From: Candidatus Poseidoniaceae archaeon
GTDB taxonomy: Archaea > Thermoplasmatota > Poseidoniia > Poseidoniales > Poseidoniaceae
Direction: 5' to 3'
DNA length: 64,000 nt
NCBI GenBank assembly: GCA_938075675.1
Contig: CALJHE010000011.1
Location: 10,603 to 74,602, forward strand
Shown here: positions 9,401 to 16,630 of the stretch, one piece after another
How the letters are laid out: every line of letters begins with the position of its first letter
How positions within the stretch are numbered: the stretch's first letter is position 1
Translations under genes and position numbers: made by a program
Notes under the pieces: generated by a model
Databases searched by the model: none
The model's input: only the letters and a program-made list of their open reading frames with translations
Told to the model about the DNA's origin: nothing

Positions 9401-12054
9401 GATTACCGCTTGGAACCCCTCGCTCAACCATCGACCGAGTTGGTTGTCCAGACAGCGATGGCGATGGCTATTCTGACTACGATTCAGGATGGCTCGCACA
9501 TCCAGCCGGTAGCGCTGATGCATTCCCTCTTATTCCAACGCAGTGGAACGATACGGACTCGGACGGTTTCGGTGATGAATCGCTCGGATTCAATCCGGAT
9601 TCATGCGTTACAACATACGGCAATTCGACAAGCGACCGATTTGGTTGCCCCGATACCGATGGAGATTCATTCTCCGATGCCGATCCATTGGGCAACAACG
9701 GTTCAGTATGGACTACTGCAAACGGTGCAGATGTTTGGCCCAACGAACCAACACAATGGGTCGATACGGATTCTGACGGCTACGGCGACAATCCAAGCGG
9801 AGTATTCCCCGACAGTTGCCCAAACAGTGCAGGAAGTTCATCCTCAGACCGATACGGTTGCCTCGATTCGGATGGCGACACCTACTCGGACCCAGACATT
9901 GGGCATACCACTGCTCAAGGTGCAGATACACATCCCAGCGATCCGATGCGTTGGTCCGATGAAGATGGGGACGGATTTGACAACCAAGTCGACGATGACT
10001 GTCCGGAATTCTGGGGCAACTCATCGACTGACCGAACAGGATGCCCCGATACCGATGGTGACGGTATTTCCGACCCAGACCCAGACTGGACACCTTCCGA
10101 TAACGGCTCTGATGCATTCAAGACCGACCCCACTCAATCCTCTGACGCTGACGGGGACGGATTCGGTGACAATGCTTCAGGAAATCTCGCTGATGACTGT
10201 CCAAATGAATACGGAGACTCGTGGCAGAATAACGTCCTTGGGTGTCTCGATGATGACCAAGATGGATGGGCGAACATCATCGATTCACATGTGAACGATT
10301 CATCGCAATGGTCCGATATTGATGGCGATGGATTCGGCGATAACCTCGCTGGAACGACACCGGATTCCTGCCCAAGTGTGGCTGGAAACTCCACTATGGG
10401 CAACAGATTAGGTTGCCTAGACACCGATGGTGACGGGTGGGATGATGTCAGCGACCAACTACCGCTCCTCGCATTCCAATGGCTCGACCAGGACGGTGAC
10501 GGATACGGCGACAACGCAACTGGCCCTCAGCCGGATGCATGTCCTGGAGTCCCAGGGAACTCAACGATTGACCGATACGGTTGCATCGATTCGGATGGCG
10601 ATGGAATGTCGAACGAAAGCGATGCATTCCCGGACGACCCCACTCGAACTCAAGACACGGATGGAGATGGTTTTGATGACCTCGAAGATGACTGCATAGA
10701 ACTCCCCGGCAACTCGACCATGGACCGAACGGCGTGTCCGGACAGTGACGGTGACGGGTACTCCGACCCAACTCTGTCTGTCAACGGAAACCCTGGATGG
10801 AACGCCTCGAACGGAGCTGACGCACTGCCGCTCGAACCAACGCAATGGGAAGACCAAGACGGTGATGGATACGGTGACAACGCAAGCGGATTCCAACCGG
10901 ACTCATGTCCAACTGTTGAAGGATATTCCAATGTTGACATCTTCGGTTGCTACGATGAAGACAACGACGGTTCTTCACAGGGTGGAGACGCTTTCCCAGA
11001 CGACCCAACACAATGGCTCGATGCTGACGGAGACGGCTACGGAGACAATCCAAACGGAAGTCAGCCAGACAACTGTACCAGCGTGTTTGGTACATCCACC
11101 CTCGACGTATTTGGTTGCCTCGACAGCGACGGGGATGGAGCCAGCAATACAAACGACCTGTGGCTTAACGATTCATCCCAATGGTTCGACAGCGATGGTG
11201 ACACTTGGGGAGACAACCCACTTGGAACGGACGGTGATATCTGTCCTGAAGAGTTTGGAACTGCATCCCTTGGAAATTCGAGAGGGTGTGTTGACACAGA
11301 CGGTGACAAGTTTGCTGACATCAACGATGATTTCCCTAACGAACCAAGCCAATGGCTCGATTCAGACGGTGATGGTTGGGGTGAAAACATGACCACTGGC
11401 GCTATCAAACCAGACCACTGGCCTAACGACCCGACCCGTAACGCTGCTGAAGGTTCGATTACGTGCACTCCAGAGTCGATCGATGTAGACCTCGCTGCGG
11501 AAGATTATTTCTCATTCAGTTGCAGCATTGTGAGTGTTCTACCGAACGTCACAATCCGGGCGGAATGGCAACCAATGTCTTCGATTATCAGCGCAACTCA
11601 AGTTCAAGTTCTAACCTTCACGGAAACGACTGGCACAACGCAAGTTGCTGTCTTCAACGGTGAAGGTCGCAGCGCTGGCGACTACCAACTGTTCGTCAGC
11701 ATTCAAGAACCGGGTGCTGAGGCCGCAATGGACTCGGATACGATTACTCTGAAGGTGTTTGATTCACGAATTGTCGATGAAGATTCACTCATTACCGATG
11801 AGTCGAGCGCATTCAACAATGTCATGGAGATGCCTATAGTCCAAGCCTTGATTGGAGCATTGGTACTGTTCTTCCTCATGGGTATGCTGATGATTCGTGG
11901 AAAGGCATCTGAGACAAAGATGGCTCAACAGCGTGCAGAACGTGCTCGAGAGGTATTGACCGCACGTTACAACCGCATCAACGGAGTATCCGAAGTCAAC
12001 CTTGGCCTCGATATGAGGGGTCGAATCCCCCCTCCTCCTCCACCTCGAACTTGA
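6430..12054 (+). CDS. Giant secreted subtilisin-family (S8) serine protease with acidic Ca-binding-type repeat array and C-terminal membrane anchor
   Basis: A signal peptide (MTTKRSIRAITFSALMLIQILAPITYA) precedes the catalytic triad motifs VAVGDTGLD, HGHGTHVAGS and SGTSMATP. Next comes a beta-sandwich-like segment, then ~950 aa of thrombospondin-type-3-like repeats. A TM helix (ALIGALVLFFLMGMLMI) and a tail ending PPPPPPRT close the protein. Confidence 0.9.
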   Translation: MTTKRSIRAITFSALMLIQILAPITYASPSSTPTAVVDTSVDLALLNGIGLAPSADAAHGWFDSADGVGEIGLLYRDASVVAIDDWSSWTGQGSALNGWYVLTHATPIPTEWFYELEDAGIECFTFMPPNGFQCELKGHSTAELEKLDVEGLVQIDAVDKLREDLVRGVLGEQKQFFNPYSIEGKAIVNIVLSGTALPEGLENRNDLVLDSHSGRFATLVAETSGIEWLASNGAVEWIETSPHFILNNDVAATIIHADDLQNSSFMTARDPGWGSLDGSGIVVAVGDTGLDNGVNNSNTHPDFKDHIKGIYSFPIPPSQCAWIGNNPGSCDDGANDDHGHGTHVAGSVLGDGTLWPDVQGMAPEAQLLVHAIEHGGSLSGIPNDLGDMFDLAVDNDSRVHTNSWGSSVAGFYTTSSMQSDLNALKNDELVIMFAAANEGVDADGDGKIDEDSMGSPATAKNVISIGASENLRTNATGSWPVWASNNISGMATFSSRGPTDDGRLKPDFSAPGTNILSTRSRDPGAGGSGNYTFMSGTSMATPVSAGAAALLLQHLIENQNVSNPSSALVKGIFAATSVDMIGQYNDPTDGAGQTAPNNHEGWGRINLSSAISASFVDRESLSTGDVRGWSVSVPATAPTMQVMLSYNDETSSPVVSANLVNDVDLAVKDPSGTWTNLSDSINNLKGLTFASPAQGVWEIHIIGTSIPSGPQFFSVAVNSGYAMVNLTQDADLDGTVDEDDDCAFTFGISSVDRQGCPDTDGDGYSDPSFNWTTANGADVFINEPTQWADQDGDGYGDNLGGTNPDSCLTVSGTSSGDRFGCLDSDSDTYSDAETNLGGWTVFQGADACRTVFGTSNGDRNGCPDEDGDTYSDPDPSGTNGSVWLVSNGADAFLGDITQWADSDGDGYGDNPPPATNSDDCPTVLGTSTVDRTGCLDTDGDGYSDADSTALAHPAGTADAFPNDATQWLDSDGDGYGDNQSGTNPDACVNDGLPLGTPRSTIDRVGCPDSDGDGYSDYDSGWLAHPAGSADAFPLIPTQWNDTDSDGFGDESLGFNPDSCVTTYGNSTSDRFGCPDTDGDSFSDADPLGNNGSVWTTANGADVWPNEPTQWVDTDSDGYGDNPSGVFPDSCPNSAGSSSSDRYGCLDSDGDTYSDPDIGHTTAQGADTHPSDPMRWSDEDGDGFDNQVDDDCPEFWGNSSTDRTGCPDTDGDGISDPDPDWTPSDNGSDAFKTDPTQSSDADGDGFGDNASGNLADDCPNEYGDSWQNNVLGCLDDDQDGWANIIDSHVNDSSQWSDIDGDGFGDNLAGTTPDSCPSVAGNSTMGNRLGCLDTDGDGWDDVSDQLPLLAFQWLDQDGDGYGDNATGPQPDACPGVPGNSTIDRYGCIDSDGDGMSNESDAFPDDPTRTQDTDGDGFDDLEDDCIELPGNSTMDRTACPDSDGDGYSDPTLSVNGNPGWNASNGADALPLEPTQWEDQDGDGYGDNASGFQPDSCPTVEGYSNVDIFGCYDEDNDGSSQGGDAFPDDPTQWLDADGDGYGDNPNGSQPDNCTSVFGTSTLDVFGCLDSDGDGASNTNDLWLNDSSQWFDSDGDTWGDNPLGTDGDICPEEFGTASLGNSRGCVDTDGDKFADINDDFPNEPSQWLDSDGDGWGENMTTGAIKPDHWPNDPTRNAAEGSITCTPESIDVDLAAEDYFSFSCSIVSVLPNVTIRAEWQPMSSIISATQVQVLTFTETTGTTQVAVFNGEGRSAGDYQLFVSIQEPGAEAAMDSDTITLKVFDSRIVDEDSLITDESSAFNNVMEMPIVQALIGALVLFFLMGMLMIRGKASETKMAQQRAERAREVLTARYNRINGVSEVNLGLDMRGRIPPPPPPRT
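8614..11440 (+). repeat. Degenerate tandem coding repeat (~60-65 aa unit) inside the S8 protease gene
   Basis: By eye I count 15 copies of (G/A)C-x-D-x-D-x-D-x-(Y/F/W)-S-D. I count 14 copies of (Q/R)-W-x-D-x-DGDG-(Y/F/W)-GDN. Conserved spacers of the form PD.CP...G.S..DR.GC separate them. Confidence 0.8.
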
Positions 12055-12117
12055 TTTGTGAATGAACAACCGATTCACTCAAAGAGGAGAGGCTTCTCGG
12101 CAGGAACATCACATCGT

Positions 12118-12188
12118 GCGGATATGGTGTAGTGGTAACATAGGAGGTTTCCAACCTCTTGTCGCGGGTTCGACTCCCGCTATCCGCA
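12118..12188 (+). tRNA. tRNA-Gly (anticodon UCC)
   Basis: I folded the cloverleaf by hand. Acceptor GCGGATA/TATCCGC; D arm GTGT-AGTGGTA-ACAT; anticodon stem GGAGG/CCTCT with loop TTTCCAA; T arm GCGGG-TTCGACT-CCCGC; discriminator A. It is 71 nt and followed by CC. Confidence 0.9.
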
Positions 12189-12214
12189 CCTCATACCATG
12201 TGCATTCAGAGCGT

Positions 12215-14236
12215 ATGCCTGAACCAAACCCTCATCATACAGCCTCATTTGGAAAGGTTGTGTGGACAGAAGAGCACCGAGATTGGGAGAGCGCTGATTT
12301 CACCTCATTGAAAGATGGGACTGCTTTTCCAAAGGAATTTATGTGGGGTGTAGCAACCGCCTCTCACCAAATTGAGGGCGGTAACATCAACAATTGGTCT
12401 GCATTTGAACCTCGTTCAAAAAGCCAACAATTGAGCGGCGAGGCTTGTGACCATTGGAACCGAAGAACCCAAGATGTCGGCCTGATCAAGGACCTCGGCG
12501 TATCGCATTATCGATTCTCTATCGAATGGTCGCGAGTTGAACCTCAACAAGGTGAATGGAATCAAAATGCACTGCAATGGTACTCTGATCTCGTCGATGA
12601 TTTGCTGGCCCGAGGTATACAACCGATGGCCACGCTTCACCATTTCACTCAACCGCTGTGGTGGGACGAAATGGGTGGCTTTGAACGTGAAGAAAACATC
12701 ACACATTGGGTTCAATTCAGTATCAAAATGTTTGAACTGCTCAGTGACAGAGTCGAATGGTGGTGTACCATCAACGAACCGGCTGTCTACGCCTCAATGG
12801 GATACGTGCTTGGTGAGTTCCCACCTGGCGTTCGTTCATTCAAGAAAACACGGCTCGTTTCAATGAACCTCATGCGTGCACATGCTCGCTGCTATCGAAC
12901 TCTCAAAGCAATGGAAAACGGCAATCGATGCCAGATTGGTCTGGTCAAAAACATCAACTTGTTCGACCCGTATCGGCGATGGAACCCTCTGCATTGGATG
13001 CAAACGAAACTGCTTGATGGCATGTTCAACCGTTGTTGGCTGAAGGGCCTAGCTACCGGCCGGTTCAAGCCTCCATCCGGTTTATTCTCCAAACGAATTG
13101 ATGGACTCAAGGGCAGCAGTGATTTCATCGGCGTCAATTATTACACGCATCTCTTGACGACTCCGTTCATGCCTACGAAAGTCGAAATCGACCCGTTGAT
13201 TCGACCGTGGGAGCAGCGAACTGATTTCCGATATCCGATGTATGCAGTGGGACTGCGCCGTGCCTTCGACATGGTTCGAAACCTCAACCTCCCCATCATC
13301 GTCACCGAAAACGGTGTTGCAGACGATGACGATGATATGCGCCCCGAACATATTCGGAGGCATTTACAAATTACCGCAGAAGCCATTGCAGATGGATTAG
13401 ATGTTCGCGGATTCTACCATTGGAGTTTGATGGACAATTTCGAATGGGCAGAAGGATACGACCAGCGGTTTGGACTGTATCATGTTGATTTTGCAACAAA
13501 GGAAAGAACGCTCAAAGACAGTGGGAAAGAATATGCTGCCATCGTCAAAGCCCATTCAATGCCACAACTTGTCGTAATGGCTGGAGGCTTAGGAACTCGT
13601 TTGGGAAGTATGACGGAGAATCTCCCCAAATCATTGATCGAAGTGAACGGCAAACCGATTCTCCGGCATATTCTCGACTGGGCGAGAAGCCAAGGTTGCA
13701 TGCATGCACTGGTTCTAACCGGTCACCATGGAGAGCAATTTGAGGGTATGACGCACCCCGGAATGTGTCTTACTTTTCATCGAGAAGATGAACCACTCGG
13801 GACAGGTGGAGCACTCTGGAATGCACGAGAACTTCTTGAAGAACGCTTCATCCTCGTTTGGGGTGACGATTTACATCCAATTGACTATCAACGGCTGGTG
13901 ATGCAACACAGTTCGCAAAACGCCCCACTCACCATGACCGTGACTGAATCTCACAGTTCATCGAATCTCGAACACGATGGAAACGTGCTGTTGGCATACG
14001 ACAAACGAACCAAGGATACGTCCAAACTGAACGGATATGAGGCTGGAACGAGTGTTATCGAAAAGTCAACCCTTCTCAAACATGGTAAAGACGGCAAGTG
14101 GAGTTGGGAAGAAACGGCTTACCCGGCTCTGGCGGGACAAGCCGCAGTTCATATTGACAACACCAAGTTCTGGGATATGGGAACGCCAGAAGGCCTTGCT
14201 TCACTCGAAGAATTCCTCAACGAAACCACCCTGTGA
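12215..14236 (+). CDS. Fusion protein: GH1 beta-glycosidase (N) + sugar-1-phosphate nucleotidyltransferase (C)
   Basis: GH1 motifs: FMWGVATASHQIEGG, acid/base TINEP, nucleophile VTENG, and WSLMDNFEWAEGYDQRFGLYHVDF. From about nt 13566 the nucleotidyltransferase motifs appear: VVMAGGLGTRLGSMTENLPKSLIEVNGKPIL and EPLGTGGA. The frame is uninterrupted. I moved the start to the ATG at 12215 because the track ORF start at 12062 overlaps the tRNA. Confidence 0.85.
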   Translation: MPEPNPHHTASFGKVVWTEEHRDWESADFTSLKDGTAFPKEFMWGVATASHQIEGGNINNWSAFEPRSKSQQLSGEACDHWNRRTQDVGLIKDLGVSHYRFSIEWSRVEPQQGEWNQNALQWYSDLVDDLLARGIQPMATLHHFTQPLWWDEMGGFEREENITHWVQFSIKMFELLSDRVEWWCTINEPAVYASMGYVLGEFPPGVRSFKKTRLVSMNLMRAHARCYRTLKAMENGNRCQIGLVKNINLFDPYRRWNPLHWMQTKLLDGMFNRCWLKGLATGRFKPPSGLFSKRIDGLKGSSDFIGVNYYTHLLTTPFMPTKVEIDPLIRPWEQRTDFRYPMYAVGLRRAFDMVRNLNLPIIVTENGVADDDDDMRPEHIRRHLQITAEAIADGLDVRGFYHWSLMDNFEWAEGYDQRFGLYHVDFATKERTLKDSGKEYAAIVKAHSMPQLVVMAGGLGTRLGSMTENLPKSLIEVNGKPILRHILDWARSQGCMHALVLTGHHGEQFEGMTHPGMCLTFHREDEPLGTGGALWNARELLEERFILVWGDDLHPIDYQRLVMQHSSQNAPLTMTVTESHSSSNLEHDGNVLLAYDKRTKDTSKLNGYEAGTSVIEKSTLLKHGKDGKWSWEETAYPALAGQAAVHIDNTKFWDMGTPEGLASLEEFLNETTL

Positions 14237-15043
14237 GGGGCGGTAAAGGCGTTGCGCGGGTAGGACATCGTCCGATGCGACCATCACGAGAATCATCCCT
14301 CCAAATCCGCCACCCATCATCCGAGCACCGTAGACTCCGTCGGTTTGCTGCAGCGCAGTAACTTGAGCATCCATTTGTGGCAGGCTTACGCCCCTTCGCA
14401 TCAATGAGGCATGAGAGAGATTGAGCAGTTCTCCGAGTTCAGCGGCTGTTGCACCTATCGCAAGCTCAACACGTTGATTCTCAGAGGCGACATGGGCTGA
14501 GACAACCGAATCGTCCATTGGAGTTCGATACGAAGAATCACTGAGCGTCCGATGAATCCCAGAATCAACCAACTTGAACATCCAGTCGGTGGGAACTGTG
14601 TAAGGTTCCACAGTGTTGTTGGAGAAATCAATGATGGATGCATGGCCTTCTTTTGCGAACATCATAGCCATCTGGTCGAGCAGCCCACAAGGTGTTTGGA
14701 GAACTTCATGTTCAAGGCGTTGAGCTTCAAGACAAGCGTATAACGGCTTCATTGGACCGTTGACACACAGTACAACCGCCAAACACAGTGCTGCAGATGA
14801 TGACATTCCAACCCCAATGGGAATGTCGCTCTCAACGGTCAATCGAGCCGGCCAACCACCCGCTGCTTTCCATAACGCAAGAACGGTTGCTCCACCTTCA
14901 AATCCTTCGTCAAGGGCGGTTGCTTCCAAAACCATACGAACGTCAACAGCAAACGGCAAAGCCTTGCCACCTGCGTAATCAGTGTGTTCACCAATGATGT
15001 TGATTCGTGCAGGTATTGATGCACGCCTCTTCATGAGAGTCAA
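14201..15043 (-). CDS. Compact galactokinase-like GHMP sugar kinase (280 aa)
   Basis: Galactokinase signature RINIIGEHTDYAGG, GHMP motif II PIGVGMSSSAALCLA and motif III MMGGGFGGMILVMV are present. The protein looks roughly 70-100 aa shorter than typical GalK as I recall it. Confidence 0.75.
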   Translation of the reverse strand: MTLMKRRASIPARINIIGEHTDYAGGKALPFAVDVRMVLEATALDEGFEGGATVLALWKAAGGWPARLTVESDIPIGVGMSSSAALCLAVVLCVNGPMKPLYACLEAQRLEHEVLQTPCGLLDQMAMMFAKEGHASIIDFSNNTVEPYTVPTDWMFKLVDSGIHRTLSDSSYRTPMDDSVVSAHVASENQRVELAIGATAAELGELLNLSHASLMRRGVSLPQMDAQVTALQQTDGVYGARMMGGGFGGMILVMVASDDVLPAQRLYRPSQGGFVEEFFE

Positions 15044-15055
15044 CCCGAACGAGAA

Positions 15056-16552
15056 TCATCCGTTGGTAATGAGATGGTACATGGTACGAACATGAATTCC
15101 AGTTGCACCGTTTCCGACCATTGAGTTGGTCTTCGCACCCCAGTATGTTCCAGCGATGTCCATGTGAGCCCAAGGGATTTGTTCTCCGTCCTTTTCGTAA
15201 CCACGGTTTGGTACGAACTGCTTGAGGAATGCCGCTGCCGTGTTTGCACCGCCCCAGCGTCCGGCACCAAGGTTTCGAGTGTCTGCAATCTTTGAGTTGG
15301 TCATTTCCTTCTCAAATGCAGGCAGAAGTGGCATCGGCCAGGCGAGTTCGTCAACTGCATTTCCTGCTTCGTGGATACGGGTACGGAAATCGTCATCGTT
15401 GGACCATAGACCAGTTGCTTCGTGACCGAGAGCAACGACGCAAGCACCGGTGAGGGTAGCAAAATCGATGATGTATTCTGGGTCGAATTCTCCAGCCTTC
15501 CACAATCCATCAGAAAGCACAAGTCGGCCTTCTGCATCGGTGTTGAGGATTTCAATGGTCTTCCCTGACAGCGTCTTGATGACGTCACCTGGGCGTTGGG
15601 CGTTGGACGAAGGCATGTTTTCAGCCATGCAAGTAATTGCAGTGACTTTTCCAGCGTATCCAGTTGAGGCAAGTGCTTCCATTGTCCCGAATACGGTTGC
15701 TGAGCCGCCCATGTCATACTTCATTTCGTCCATGTTTGCGCCAGGCTTGAGTGAGATACCGCCGGTATCGAAAGTGATTCCTTTACCGACCAGCATTGGT
15801 CCACGGCCCTTTACTCCGGCATTCATCTCAAAGATGACCATGCATGGCTTTCGTGCTGAGCCCATACCGACCGCAACCAATCCTCCCATACCTGCCTTGA
15901 CAGCTTGGTCGTAGTTGATGATGGTTACATCGACATTGTCGTATTGCTTGGCCCATTCCCATGCTTGATCTGCGAATGCTTCTGGATACATGTCGTTTGG
16001 AGGGCAGTTCCCAAGGTCTCTGGAAAGGTGAACGCCAGAAGTGACGCCTGCGTGAGTGAAGATGAGCGAACTCAACTCCTTTTCTTGGCCTTCATCGCAG
16101 GTAATTCGGACGGTGAGTTCTTTTTCTTCATCGTCGTCTTCATCCTTCTGCTTGTAATGGTCGTAGGTGTAGTCTCGCAAGAGCATACCTTCAGCAAATG
16201 CACCCATCGATTCAATGGATGCGCCGCTGAAACGGGCAGTGAAATCAGTGCCGTGGGCTTTCTTACGGTTCGCAACGACCGATGCACCGGCCTTTCGATA
16301 AGCATGAGCGTCAAGGTCTTCTTCTTTACCAAGACCAACAAGCATTGCTTTTCCGCCTTCACTGCCGATAATCGACATTGTTGACTTGGCCTTTCCTTTG
16401 AAATCTCCTTCTGAGAGGATTCGATTGATTTGACTCTTCAGTGCGGTATGAAGACCTGCTTCAAGCGATGTAGGTACGCTTTCAGAGCCTTCAAAGAGGG
16501 GCAAGAGTAGAGTTCCGTTGATGTTGTGTCCTGGGCTTACGGTTACTTTCAT
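15056..16552 (-). CDS. pepA: Leucyl aminopeptidase (M17)
   Basis: VGKGITFDTGGISLKP and the M17 signature NTDAEGRLVLSD are present. I prefer the ATG at 16552 (GGTGA 4 nt upstream) over the TTG at 16573. Confidence 0.9.
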   Translation of the reverse strand: MKVTVSPGHNINGTLLLPLFEGSESVPTSLEAGLHTALKSQINRILSEGDFKGKAKSTMSIIGSEGGKAMLVGLGKEEDLDAHAYRKAGASVVANRKKAHGTDFTARFSGASIESMGAFAEGMLLRDYTYDHYKQKDEDDDEEKELTVRITCDEGQEKELSSLIFTHAGVTSGVHLSRDLGNCPPNDMYPEAFADQAWEWAKQYDNVDVTIINYDQAVKAGMGGLVAVGMGSARKPCMVIFEMNAGVKGRGPMLVGKGITFDTGGISLKPGANMDEMKYDMGGSATVFGTMEALASTGYAGKVTAITCMAENMPSSNAQRPGDVIKTLSGKTIEILNTDAEGRLVLSDGLWKAGEFDPEYIIDFATLTGACVVALGHEATGLWSNDDDFRTRIHEAGNAVDELAWPMPLLPAFEKEMTNSKIADTRNLGAGRWGGANTAAAFLKQFVPNRGYEKDGEQIPWAHMDIAGTYWGAKTNSMVGNGATGIHVRTMYHLITNG

Positions 16553-16630
16553 GGGTTCACCTAAACCGACCAAGGACTTGAAGCACTTGAAACCTCGCGC
16601 CCGGCTTTCAGCATCGAAGGCTCGAAACCG

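Noticed and set aside
9233-11392. Long alternative-frame ORFs inside the protease repeat array (353 aa at 9233-10294, 215 aa at 10745-11392, and several minus-strand ORFs).
   Set aside because: These are T/M/Q- or R/S-rich translations created by the repetitive GAT/GAC/GGA codon pattern of the real frame. The real frame carries the S8 and repeat motifs.
12062-12214. The N-terminal 51 codons of the 724-aa track ORF, upstream of the GH1 domain.
   Set aside because: This segment runs straight through the tRNA-Gly(UCC) gene (12118-12188). The first Met after the tRNA (12215) begins a normal GH1 N-terminus, so the extension is an ORF-calling artefact.
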